Assembly (NCBI GenBank): GCA_010093995.1
Contig: ML992501.1
Location: 2,483,320-2,547,319 of the forward strand
From: Elsinoe ampelina
Taxonomy: Eukaryota
DNA length: 64,000 nt
Direction of reading: 5' to 3'
The notes beneath the pieces were generated by a model. The model searched no databases. It saw only the letters and a program-made list of their open reading frames with translations, and was not told the DNA's origin. Positions 48,074 to 60,269 of the stretch are shown here, piece by piece. Numbering within the stretch: position 1 is the stretch's first letter; each line of letters starts with the position of its first letter. The position numbers and the translations under genes are program-made.

Positions 48074-49336
48074 AAGACAGGCGGTGGATGAAAGAGGTAT
48101 GCAGCTTCAGCAAGGATGGCGAGGGAGTCATCGCTCCACCTGCGATCCAAATCGTACCCTTCGACATGTCCGACTTACCTTCGACGCTCCGACTTGGGAG
48201 GACTTATTCGTCGCTCAGGCGAAGTCCGAGCTTACGGCCAATCTTGCAGAAGGCTCCAGAGGGTGTGAGGTAGCAGTCGACCAGCCGAAAGCGGCGGGCC
48301 AGGAGAGCTGGTCCCAGGGCATCTGTCATAGTGCTGGCAAGCCAACGATGGGTCCCATGTGGTCTTCCACAGGATACATCGGTTTAACGTCCATGCCTCA
48401 CTTACTCATTACCAGGCCCGAAAAAGGTCAGTGCTTAAGGATCTACCCAGCCTATGCCCGGCGCGTCAAACCCATCAGTACCCAGCAAGACCATTCGTCT
48501 CCCCTGCCGCACCCGTGGCCAGCCTCTGCTGCAGGTTTCTCAGCCAATTCAGCATCCTAGTCTGAAACTGCTGGTCTTGATCCGACGACTTCTTCAACGC
48601 CGGATCATCGATTGTGGAGGCGCGGCAAGTGCTCCCTAGAGCGAGCCACTGTTAGGAGCCGAATCAAATGATGAGGTGTAGGCACTCGCAGAAAACCGGA
48701 TATACGGGATGGCTTACATATATGAATGATAGATAGACAATAGAGATAGACGAAGCAACAAGTATTTAGGTTATTTGGGTCGTGGCAGCTGTTTTGTGCA
48801 TGAAATGGGACATGACATAGAACCACGTGACTGGACCTCGGCTAACACTTTGACAAATTCAGGCAAAGAGACCCCATTCATCGCCCTCACCGACGTCAAC
48901 CCACCGCTGTCCTAGTCCGTCCGTCACCTGCGATTCAGGCATCTACAGGAATGCCAGTCATACGTCCTAAATTTACCCATGCAGGTGACAACGCCACGGG
49001 CGGATTAGTGACATGCCAAATTCTCCACCTCACAGAGTCACAGGGCAGGAATAAGCTGTCGGCAGAACACATGGCCAAGACGTGTGGCGCCCAATGGGTC
49101 GTGCCCATAAGCGACTTTATGCGAATCGGCAGCGACTGGCAAAGAGGTGAGATTATAGCTTCGCGGACTTTGTTCGCGTGCCTGGCCAGTCGTTCATGAA
49201 GTCCTGCCAGAGTGACACTGGGGCTGGTAGGTGAGTATGGCAATCGTAATAAAAGCAGAGCATGTCGCAGCAGTCGAATGTGTATTTTGGAAGGACCATG
49301 CTCGTCGACTTGATGCTCTAGTCGACCATTTGCAGC

Positions 49337-52016
49337 ATGCGTTACTGTCTTCTCGCACTGATTTCCTTCTCTCTCCGTTGTGCTACCGCTCAGAATGGCA
49401 CTTTCAACTTTTCTAACAGCACAGCGACGTCGGTCTCTGACACGACGACCACCTCCCCGAATGAGAGTGTAAACGGCGACGACATCCCCATAGCCACGCC
49501 GACCTCTTCTTTCCCTAAGCCGACGCGAACCAGGATCGGGCAGGAGACGATCACCGCAGGACCAACATCATGGATAAGCACATCCTTTGACTGGTCTCTT
49601 GATGTTAATCGGTTGTTCCCGACATATCTCCCGGAAGAGAGGGCGAACTTTCAGGCCCAGTGGGACTGTGACCAAAAGATATTCGCATTCACCTCGACCT
49701 ACATCAAGCCGACAGTCCCCTTGGGCAACATTACCTCGATATCCTACAAGACCTTTGGACCGTTCACGACCGAGATCCCAGTGACCTCATTCTTCAACAG
49801 GATCACGTACTCGCATTGTGATGGCGTCCCTCGATATGGCTACAAGGGAGGCGTGCCATCTTACACCGTGAGCACATCAACGTCGACGATTCGTGGCCTT
49901 TCGACTGGCACGTGGACATTGCGAGAAGATGTTACCACGCCGCCTGTCCCTTACCCATGCACGGTGGATGACATACTACCAGAAGGCTATTGTAGTGCCT
50001 TTCTGACTGTGTATACTGACTACACGGCCATGTCCACTTCTGCCTATTCCGCGGGCACTGAATATACTAACACACCGTTCGAGATACCCTCGTCATGCCG
50101 GCTGGGTCTCAGGCGCTTACGAAGGACTTGCGTGGTCCGCGTATCAGAAGCTACGATGCTCTATTGTAAGTGGAGGAAGCAAGTATGTTGTTTCTCTACT
50201 AAATGTCCCAGGGCCACCTACTGCTCGGTCAGGGGACTTTTGCCAATCGACGACCACTCCGCCTACCACTGTCGCTCCCGCTACTGGTGGTAATAGCTCG
50301 TCTCAGATAGTGACGCTGAATGGTACTGAGTACACTTCGCCATGGGTATACATCACCTACCACTCCATTACTTACAAATCGAAATGGATATCGACATATG
50401 GCATCTTGGGGACCAAAATACCAAGCCTTGTCTTATCCTTCCTTCCTCACGAAGTATCTTCCATATGCGGACTTGGTCGAGGAGTAGTGCAGACCAAGCC
50501 GTTCGACTTCAATGATCTCCAAGGAGATGTTCCATGGTCAGCCTACAACTGTTCACTCCAATGCATCGAGCCCAGCGAGTGCCTACCCATGGACCAGCGT
50601 CTCAACCCCTACAATCCATACTTGGCTTGGCCGCAGACATTTCTCGATCTCCTACACAGCTGGAACACCTACGACCCCGACACCTGCTCCTTCGGCTTCG
50701 ACGACTCCGGCATCCCTGACCCACCACAACTGCTGACCACGGCTCTGCACCTCTCAAAACCCGCGGGCAGCCCTGCCGGTAGTACGACAATCATCGGACC
50801 AGTCACGGCATCAGGCCTGAAGCCGACCTTGATACTACCGAAACCAGTCTCAAAAACCACAGTCACCGGTCCATCGCCCTCGTCTCCCGCCCCGACAAAG
50901 TCTGCCGAGCCAGTCAAGCAGCCGAGTATAGGCGACATCATCATAAGCATGATCAACCAGCCTCCCGGCCGGCCTCAAGATACCTCCCCCAAGCCTAACG
51001 CGCAAGGAGAAGACCCCATCCAGGTCCCAACGGTCTCCGGTCGACCAAACGCCAACCAACCACATCCCGAAACCCCAGATCCCACCCCAACACCCCCATC
51101 CCCCCTCGCCCCTCCCCAAGCAGCAACCATCACCATCGGCCCATCCCTCATTCCCATCATTCACCTCCCAAACAACGCCCACGTCCTGGACGGCTTCACA
51201 TTCTGGGCTGGCGATGCCGTGACGACAGCAGGACAGACACTTTCTTTCGCTCAGGACGGGGTGGTCGTCAACGGTATATCCACAGCGACGTACACACCTG
51301 CGCCACTCGTCACCGTGTCTCCCGCCCTTGTCCCCAACTCTGGCTCTGATTCCGACTCCGACTCCGACTCCGACCCCGGCCGTGACTCTGCCCCTGCCCC
51401 TGCCTCTGACCCTGGCACTGGCGTTGGGCCGGGAGGCGGCGGCGGCGGGACAGACGTAGGTGGAGAGTCAGGAGGGTGAGAGGTGGAGGTGCTCGGCGGT
51501 CCGTTGGCGGGAGGCGATCGTGTGCTCCCGGCAGCGTTGATGGTAGGAGGGGAGTGGGTTGTTTTTGGCGGCGAGATCGAAGTGGCCGGGACGAAGGTGA
51601 GGTACGATGCTGGAGGGTTGGTGGTGGGAGGGGAGAGGGTGGGTGTGCCTGTCCGGGGATGGAGGCGGGTGGAGTTGGAAGGGGGGGAGGTTTGGATTGT
51701 TGGTGCTGCTACGGGTGGGGCTGATGGGGGGTCAGATGGAGGGGGAGACCAGAGGGGAAACGGAGGAGGGGAGGGGGGTCAAGAGGGATGGGGAAAGCAG
51801 TTGGGTGTATCGGATGGAGTGGAAGTGGTGGTGTCTACCAGTACGAAGGGAGGATTGTTGAGATCGACTACTGCGTTGCTGCCGTCGTTGAGTACGGAGG
51901 GTAGGGCGGTGGAGACGGCAGTGGGAGGAATAAGTTCTGCTAGCTGCATTCGGGCCAGGTTGGGGAGGGCGTATTTGATCGTCCCGATACTGGCAAGCAT
52001 GGTCTGGTTCTGGTAG
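49337..52016 (+). CDS. Secreted/cell-surface Cys- and Ser/Thr/Pro-rich protein; in-frame TGA at 51477-51479 separates a GPI-like C-terminal segment
   Basis: Signal peptide MRYCLLALISFSLRCATA; intron 50166-50211 gives LYWPP...DFC and TSPWVYITY. The same frame resumes after the TGA and runs to a hydrophobic tail AYLIVPILASMVWFW. Confidence 0.72.
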
Positions 52017-52194
52017 AGGTGAAGCGTGGGCAAACGAAAGGACAGTCCTGGACGTCTGGGTATTATCTTCATTTACTCGTGATGGCTATAATACACCTCT
52101 CATTCACACAAGCCGGGCTTGGTTCTCCAACTACCCGCGTTTCCTCCCTCCTCCCTCCCACCTTCACTCTTACTCTGCCCGCCCCCTCTTCTGA

Positions 52195-53937
52195 TCAAAC
52201 CTCACTCCTCCCCCCACCCCCCTCCCTCTCCTTACGCATCTCCCTCTTCCTCCTCCCCTCCTCCACCTTCTTCTCCCGCCACTCGCACCCCTCGGCAAAA
52301 GCACATATCCTGCACTTGAACGCCTCCTCAATCTCCACGCCCCTCGTCGGTCTCTCCCCTTTCCACCAGGCCATCTCGTCCTTGATGTACTTCTCCAGTC
52401 GCCGCTCATCGTGCACGAACATCTTCCTTCCCAACACGGTGCCGGGACGAACTTCTCCTTGGCTGCGTCGGGATGCGAGGCCTGAGGCGCGGAATTCTGC
52501 TTGTAGCAGAGGGGAGATGGCGGCGGGGGTGCGCGCGGGAAGGGTGGAGAGGTGGAAGGTGAGGCCGAACTCCTGCGTCATGAGGTCCCAGAGGGTGGAG
52601 AGGGTGTTGTGCGCTAGCAACTCGTCCATGGAGTCTTGCGGGGAGGACATGGGAGGTGCGTAGTCTGGGTCTTGTTCTGAGGGAATGGAGGAGGAGAAGT
52701 TGTAGTCTAGACTGCCGATTTGGGCGATGAAGGTGTCTGAGAAAGGGATGATGGGGGAGACGCGGTAGCGGACGAAGACTTGGTCCGAGGGGACTTCGGA
52801 CATGGAGAGTTGGGTGAGGAGGCGCCGGTAGAGCATTAATTGGAGGAAGGTGGGGCGGAGGGAGACTTCATCTGTTGGAAGAGAAGGGGAGGTGCGGGTC
52901 TTGATGTCGGTGATGTAGACTTTGCGGTCTTTCGGTGGGGTGGTCGGGCTGCTAGCAGAGAGGGTTTGGGATTGGGGGGCGGCATTTGTGTTTGTGGTGA
53001 GAAAGGAGCTCAGGGTTGACTGGTTGGGATCGATCTCTGAGGAGGACTTCTTAGGTCTTCCTCGCTTCTTCTTGTCGACCAGGGCGGATTCAAGTGCTGG
53101 GTCCGGGCATTTGAATGAGAGCTCATCGATGACACCGTTCACGACCTGTCCCTCGAGAACCCCCCATACCTCCAATTCGCGTGTCATGCCAGTCGCTCGC
53201 AGAGTTCGCAGTCCTTGTATGATATTCCAGATCCGCAACGCAAACATATCCTCCCGTGTCACTGTCTCGACAGGAATGGCGATGTGTACCTCCTCCTCCA
53301 GCTCCTTATGTACGGAAGAACCTTGCTTCATGGCCGGGGTCTGCTTGACCCTCCCATACTTTGACAAGCTGTACATATACTGCAGCTCACACCACGATGG
53401 CGATACCAGATCCGTGACCGACATGGGCTTCTTGGGCTGGGTCCTGAAGCGTTCCAGAGGAGACTTGGTCTCATCCTGATTCTCTACCGCAAATGGAGCA
53501 AATAGGCGTCGTTGTCGTTCGTCACCTTGTGCTATAAGACGCTACAGTCAGTCAGATATCCTCTCCAGGTACTACAGGCTCCAGAACTTACGTGAAAACG
53601 CGACCCTGTTCCTCTCGTCGTACTCAACTTCCACCGAAGCCTCTCTGAGCGGACCGTCGTTATCCGGAACCTCAAAAGTGATGCCATCTTCGTCGATATA
53701 GGTCTTGGTCCGTCGAGGCCTAGGGGTAGTTTGGTCTGAGACTGGCACGCGGGCGACCTGAGGTAGAGGGTTGTGCTCCTCTATAGACTCGATAGTGATG
53801 GCAAGGAGGGGTTGCGACTCTGCCCTCACGAGCAGGTCGGTGATGGTATCCTCGTCGATGTCAGAGCCATAGTCGCTCTCTCCTGCAGCTACTATGGCGG
53901 CCGATCTGGACGCAGCGGCCCTCGTGGTAGTCGGCAT
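52195..53937 (-). CDS. EXO5: Exonuclease V (Exo5/Dem1), Fe-S cluster nuclease
   Basis: MSVTDLVSPSWCELQY, GSSVHKELE, TRELEVWG...GVIDEL, ITDIKTR, QLMLY and KCRICAFAEGCEWR. Intron 53591-53532. Confidence 0.92.
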
Positions 53938-54220
53938 GATTTCATGGCGTGATGGTGGTTAGTGGGGAGGTGAAGTTGTGATGCGGGAATGATGCTCTCA
54001 CTTCAATACATGCAAGAACACATCGATCACGTAAACTTCCCACAAGTTAATTAGATATGCTATTTGAATTCTACTTAATATTTTCTCTCCATGATTCTGG
54101 ATCGGAATACGAGATCCACAATCTTCTGACTGTCCATGAGCAGGTGCATTGAGGGGGGGGCATTTCTATAGCGCACAGCTGTTGCATGCCTTTACCTCCA
54201 ACACGACGCGCCACCCCTCA

Positions 54221-55049
54221 TCATGCATCCTTGAACTTCTCGAGCATGTCCAAGCAGATCTTCACCGTCTCCTCAGGTCTACTAACAAACGGACTATGCC
54301 CTGTATCCAAATCAGCAATATGCCATTCCGTCTCGGTCATATCCAGCAGGGCCTTTTGGACCTCAAACGGCAGTGCTCTATCTCTCAGACATCTGATATA
54401 CCCTAGCCGACCCTTCATGTTCTCATCAGCCCACACAGACTTCCCAGGCGGCGAAGTGAAAGTCTGCATGCCCTGCGGCTTGATTTGCCCAGCTAGTGCT
54501 CTCGCGGTGTCTTCGTCAACCTCTGGGCCATAGAAGACATCCATGCCGTCTTCGATGCTGACGCTTGAGACACCTTCTCTAGGCTATAACAGACAGTCAG
54601 CACAGGCGGTGAGCACGGTAGACAGATGATTCTACGCTATTCGCATTGACCCAGCCAGCAGCGGCGCCGCCAGCATCTCGTACACTGACACCTTCTTTGC
54701 TGAAGACGGAGGCAATGCAGACGACACCGACCACACCACCTTTCTTCCCTGCTACTTCGACGGCTTTTTTGCTGAGACCGTATGCTCCTGTCGTTCCAAC
54801 TAGGCCGCCGTAAGAATGTGTGATGACCACGACATCTTTGCCTTGGTCGATGAAGCCTGTGATTACATCGTGGACCTGTTGTGCATCATCTTGAATAGTG
54901 ATGTTTTCCGCACGAGGATCCGCTACGCTTCGGTTCGTGATGGCATGGGTCTCATAGCCTGCTTCGGCGAGTTTGTTGAGCATGGGTTGGTACATCGGGC
55001 CAGGGTGCCAGGCGCCGGGTACCAAGAGCCATACTAAGGGATTGGCCAT
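54221..55049 (-). CDS. Alpha/beta hydrolase (Abhydrolase_6, methylesterase-like)
   Basis: VPGAWH, nucleophile THSYGG, D in LRDRAL and GHSPF. Intron 54635-54584. Confidence 0.88.
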
Positions 55050-55734
55050 CGTGTCTGCTTGCTGTATTACCGCTCTATAAAAGTGAAAAGGGTTTGATTT
55101 GGCAGGAAGGGAAAGAATGGGCTTTACATGGACCTTCATAAGGAGTGCTTACAAGGTAGCCGTGTGTATTAGTAATGCAACCAGTGGATGAGGGGTGCTT
55201 GGCCGGTGTTGGTAATACTATGGTTGACCTCGTGCATTACAAAGCGCTTGCTGGTTGTTACGGAAGATATTCCGTGCATGTATATTGTGTGGTCTGGGCA
55301 ATGGGAAGGGTGAGGCACGAAGAAAAGGGTCGGCCACGTGAGCATCTTCAATCCACAAGCCTCGCGACTCATGATGATCCATTTCCAGTCTTCCATGACA
55401 CCCGTGATACATGAATCCAGGGGATATCTAGCAACGTCTGTAAGTCTTCTCTACAATCATTAGTCGCTGGACGAATGAGCTTTTCTGGTGCAATGTGCCT
55501 CTGGCTCCTGCAATAAGTTAATATGGAGAAGGCGTACGAGACCGGGCCGGAGAGAGGCGGCGAGAGCGGCGAAAGTGGTAGCCAGATGCAAAGTTCTGGG
55601 CGAAGATGTACGGTTTGAAGTGACTTGGTAGAAACTTTGACATGTGAAAGGTGGGATAGATATCATGCCACCTCGCTGCCTCTTCACGCCTGCGACAACT
55701 CACGCATCCGATACCTCCCGACACTCAATCCAAC

Positions 55735-56544
55735 ATGTCACCATCGGCGCGCAGTGACAAAGGCAAGGCAGTCCATGCGACGTCTTCCAAGCGGACCGAC
55801 GGAAAAGGGGAGGCCATGACTGAAGGTGAGTGTGAGGGCTCTGATGTACTCGAGTCGGGATTGACAGCCCCAGACGCATCGTCAGACTCCTCGGGGGAAG
55901 GCAAGATCTACGTCGGATCGGTATCGAGCTCTGGCTGCAACAAAGAAGCGGGATACTTACATCAATACCAGGTGATTTCGCAAGAACAGCTTTATATGCT
56001 CGACTGGGAGCAGATCCGTCGTCTCGTCCAACGCTGTGACTACTGGTGGCGTGAATCGATGGATGACGACGATGTCATGATCCGTACGCCTTCTGCGCAA
56101 GCAATCTTGGTATCGGCCGACCTACAAAAGCTGTACACAAGGATCGATCAACACCAGGGGAAGCGCATCGAGTTTGTCAGGCAGCTCGGAGATCACATCT
56201 TGCACAAGATTGAGGGACCGCATGGACTAGGCTCGACGACCAAGGCCGAGTTCGAGGGTACTGTTATGGCCGTTCTCCTCCAGCTGGACATACAGATTGA
56301 AGTCGAAGATTTCGAGTATTTCACAGTGCTACGCGGTATCAACGAAGCCCGGAAGAGAGCCGAGAAGGATCACGAGAAGGACCACGATCGCAGGAAGGAA
56401 AAGAGGACAAATACGGTGATCAAAATCAAGCCATCGTTGAGTTTACTGAGGACGGGCAATCCGAGGTTGATGTCGAACATGGCGGAGGAAGACAGCGAAG
56501 GAGCACGAGCAGGCGCACAGAGCAGTAAAAGGGTCTCTCGGTAA
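55735..56544 (+). CDS. Hypothetical 269-aa protein
   Basis: Long ATG-initiated ORF (CCAACATG) with a helical-looking core and charged tail; no family recognised. Confidence 0.5.
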   Translation: MSPSARSDKGKAVHATSSKRTDGKGEAMTEGECEGSDVLESGLTAPDASSDSSGEGKIYVGSVSSSGCNKEAGYLHQYQVISQEQLYMLDWEQIRRLVQRCDYWWRESMDDDDVMIRTPSAQAILVSADLQKLYTRIDQHQGKRIEFVRQLGDHILHKIEGPHGLGSTTKAEFEGTVMAVLLQLDIQIEVEDFEYFTVLRGINEARKRAEKDHEKDHDRRKEKRTNTVIKIKPSLSLLRTGNPRLMSNMAEEDSEGARAGAQSSKRVSR

Positions 56545-57063
56545 CCGTCGACGTGCTATGAGCTTATCCACGATGATCGAAGGCTATCGCAGAGGTCATT
56601 GCGCACCAGCAAAGGCGCAAAGACCAGGGCGTCTCCATCATGTCTCACGCAGAGACAAAGTCGCAGAATTTAGGAAAAGCATATCCCCTCAACCTGATGA
56701 TCAGATCGTGGATGATGGAGCGCGTTCAGGGCGATTGATGATGGTAATTACGAGTAATAAATCTGAGGACGTTTTTTGATTGCACAAAGCAGGTTGACGT
56801 TTTTGATTAAATCTACCGCGACTTTGCTTGACCGCGATGTGGCGCAACACGTTGATGATTGGCACAGCAACGATAACAGCATTCCTCGTGCAAATGCTGA
56901 AAATAAAATGGGCGATACCCGGCGACCAGAGGGATGGTAGAGACGCGGCCAGGCAATAGTGAATGACGACGAGTCGTGATTCGCGGTTCGTCGTGTGCCT
57001 CTTTGCTCAATGTGGTCTAGTGTCAGGAACAAATGAAGTCGAATGAAGATCCTCTGGCCCTAG

Positions 57064-57103
57064 ACTCTTAGAGCCTACTCTTAGAGCCTACTCTTAGAGC
57101 CTA
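57064..57103 (+). repeat. 13-nt tandem repeat (ACTCTTAGAGCCT)x3
   Basis: Three perfect copies upstream of the SH3 gene; each contains the imperfect palindrome CTCT-T-AGAG. Confidence 0.9.
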
Positions 57104-57630
57104 GAGGCCGCTCCTGTCCAACCAGGCACAGGCCCGGCGAGTGTAAGGTACCTGCGATGGACCTGCGTGTACCTGCAGCCATGCTCTCTCGTGCTCCCGT
57201 TCCTCGCCAGCGCCCGCCCCGTTTCATCGTCTTTCTTTTGTATGCTCCCTCTACGCCCTCACTTCACCCCCCTTCGTTGCTCGTCTCACCTCTCGTGAAG
57301 CACAAACCCCGACCTCTGTCGCTGTTACAGCGCTGCCGTTCCTTACCCGACACTCTTTTACACAAGCTCGTCTCGTCATCTTTACCGCCAACCGTTTGCC
57401 CTTCGCTTCATATCAAACCATTCATCGTTTCAATCACCCCCTTTGAACGTCACCCATTCGCTCACGCTTGTTTGGTCTGGCCAGAATTTCCAATCGCATT
57501 CCTCATCTTGCGCCCGCCCGCTTGGACAAACGTAACCCCACCGTCGACCCGGTGAGCATCTATCACTACCTTCAGCTGCCTATCTTCCCCTCTACCAACT
57601 TCTGCCAATCGATCATACCCGACTATACCG

Positions 57631-59370
57631 ATGGTGCACCTCCACGACTTTCTCCACCGCCGCCAGCTTGGTGAGCGGTTGAGAGAAGAAGCGAGCAAGC
57701 TTGTGAATGGCCCGCTGGCTAGCCCATTGGAACGCGCAAAGCAGGATGAGGGTGTTGCGACTGTCTTCTCGGTCGTGTATGTGACGGCCTCGGCTTCCTT
57801 CACCGGACCTACAGCTGGGTTCATTACACAGACTGCCGGCAATGCACCCTCGAATACGAACAAGGCTACTAGCGATGCTGCAAAACCAACGACCAGCCAA
57901 AGTCAGAATAACAGGGATGGCAGCAACAACAACAACAGCAATGCCGAGCAATCGAGTCGTACCAGCGCTCGCGTGTCTTCTGTGGCTTCGACGGACGCCA
58001 GCACACCTTCAAGGACCGCTGTAGTTGGCACACCTGTGCAGGCTACCCGATCAGCAACCTCTGCAGCCTCCGCTTCAGCTGCCCCAAGTGAGCAAATCAG
58101 TCAGGAAGGAGGAATGAGTGGTGGAGCAAAGGCTGGCGTTGCATTCGGTGTCATCGCTGCCCTTGCCCTGGTAGCTGGTATCATCTTCCTCGTCATCCGT
58201 AAGAAGAAGCAGCAAAAGGAGGAACAACAGGAGTCCCACAACCTTGACAATGAGAAGGCAGGCTTTGGCTTCGCAGCCATGAACCACACCCCTCGTAATG
58301 ACAACAACACCAGCAGCCGTGCGCCTCGACTCAGTCTTCGTCCCGTCACCCAATTCTTGCCTGGTATTGGAGAGCCCAAGGTCCAGGAAATGACCAGCGC
58401 GACCGGTGGGCTCAACAGCTTCCTCCCACCACCTCCTCAACAGCAGCATAAGAACTCGTGGGACCAGCCAAGAGAGACAGCCGCCAACGATGCCGCGAAC
58501 CCATTCGGCAGCGGGGCCGTGAGAGTCAACAGCCCGGCAGCAGAGAGAGCAGCAGAGAATGCTCCCATCCCTGTGCCAGCTCCTGTCCCTGCCGCTCCTG
58601 CCGCCAACCCATTCGCCGACCGACCTTCAACAAGCCGCTCAATCTCACCTATCGAAGACTCACCTCTTGCCACCGCTCCCAACTCACCACCCAAGGCCGA
58701 GATCGGCACCGCTGCGGCAGTAGCTGTTGGCGCCGCTGGCGTCTCTGGTAGCCCACCCAAGGGTCCTAACAACGTTCACCGCGTTCAGCTTGACTTCAAA
58801 CCCTCCATGGAGGACGAGATCGAGCTTCGCGCTGGCGATGTCGTTCGCATTCTCCACGAATACGACGACGGCTGGGTGAGCACCACCCTATCATCCCTAT
58901 TCGATCCACAGACTAACATCTTCCAGGCACTCTGCTCCCGTATGGACCGCTCCAAGCAAGGTGTCGCCCCCCGTACCTGCCTCTCCAAGCTCCCCCTCAA
59001 GCCCCGCCCTGCCGGTCCACCACCCGGAATGCGTCCTCTGAACGGCCGCCCGGAGTCACCTGGCATGCGCAACTTCTCCGGGCCCCCCGCGCCCGGCCAC
59101 GGGAATATGTACCCCGCCCCTCTCTCCCCCAGTATGCCCAACATGAGCATGACACATGGTCCCCAAGGACGCGCCCGCGCTCACTCCCACTCACAATCCC
59201 AATCGATGGACAACGGCAACCGCCAGAGTCCGCAGATGATGCAGTCTGCTGGTTTCGGAGCGTCGCCGCCGAGAGATCACAGGCGGTCGGCGAGTATGGG
59301 CCAGCTCGGGCTGGGTGGCAGTCCGAGTAGGGTGCCGGCGAGGAAGCCAGTGCCGGGGATGGCGATCTAG
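57631..59370 (+). CDS. Single-pass membrane protein with Ser/Thr ectodomain and cytoplasmic SH3 (Fus1-like)
   Basis: TM GAKAGVAFGVIAALALVAGIIFLVIRKKK; SH3 VHRVQLDFKPSMEDEIELRAG...EYDDGW|ALC...QGVAPRTCL. Intron 58876-58926 (51 nt, in frame). Confidence 0.82.
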   Translation: MVHLHDFLHRRQLGERLREEASKLVNGPLASPLERAKQDEGVATVFSVVYVTASASFTGPTAGFITQTAGNAPSNTNKATSDAAKPTTSQSQNNRDGSNNNNSNAEQSSRTSARVSSVASTDASTPSRTAVVGTPVQATRSATSAASASAAPSEQISQEGGMSGGAKAGVAFGVIAALALVAGIIFLVIRKKKQQKEEQQESHNLDNEKAGFGFAAMNHTPRNDNNTSSRAPRLSLRPVTQFLPGIGEPKVQEMTSATGGLNSFLPPPPQQQHKNSWDQPRETAANDAANPFGSGAVRVNSPAAERAAENAPIPVPAPVPAAPAANPFADRPSTSRSISPIEDSPLATAPNSPPKAEIGTAAAVAVGAAGVSGSPPKGPNNVHRVQLDFKPSMEDEIELRAGDVVRILHEYDDGWVSTTLSSLFDPQTNIFQALCSRMDRSKQGVAPRTCLSKLPLKPRPAGPPPGMRPLNGRPESPGMRNFSGPPAPGHGNMYPAPLSPSMPNMSMTHGPQGRARAHSHSQSQSMDNGNRQSPQMMQSAGFGASPPRDHRRSASMGQLGLGGSPSRVPARKPVPGMAI

Positions 59371-60269
59371 GTTCGCCGTCACGGAGGTGAAGCAGGGTGC
59401 ACATAGCAGAGATGTGGTGCGATGGTAACGACTGATGGCCGGCTGGCGTTGATGGATCCGAGTCGCTTTGGCTCGGATCTTTGCTTATACCCTTTTTTTT
59501 TCTCGATCCAGATGCTGTCTACAGTGGGGCTAATAGTTCCGCTGGGGACGATTTTGATTCTTTAAAGCTGTTGGTCGAGGACCGATGGTCGATCTATCTT
59601 ATTCACGAAGAGGGGAGAGGAGATGGACGACGAGAGGAGAGTACGGACAGAAAGAGGGGGGATGGGAGGAAGGACGTGAGGAGGTGGGAAGTCAGAGGAG
59701 GGGGGAGCCAGGAGGAATGTGTATCTATGCTGATTACCTTTCTCCATGAATTGTATTTAGATCCAATAAGATGTTAAGAACCATATCCATCGTCCGTAAC
59801 GAGGTGTCTGGCAGTATGTCTGTTTTCCTGGTAGAATCTCCGTGATTGACACTGGTGGCGAAGGTCACGTGCTTGGGCTCCGGAACCTCACCACTTCCCG
59901 GTCGACCACAAAACCATCAACACACCTTCCAGTACCATCATGACGTAGACCATGCCATTAATACCATACTGCATCTGTCTCGTCCGATGGACCACCTCCG
60001 TCGCACCCAACCCCCAACCCAACCCCGGCCCCAAGCTCCGGGCATGAGGGGCCGAAGCCCACCCACCCCGATGCTTACATGTTTACACGCGGGCACATAC
60101 CGCCTCAACTTGACAAGATGATTATAGACCTGCACGCCCCCGGAGTCGCGCGCAGGACTAACCTCTCCTCTACTGCATTCACACGGGTCCCCCGTCTCTA
60201 CCTCGTCTTCCCATCTCCGTTTGAAGACACCAGGACCGTCGAGACAAGAGGCAGAAGACAGAAAACACC

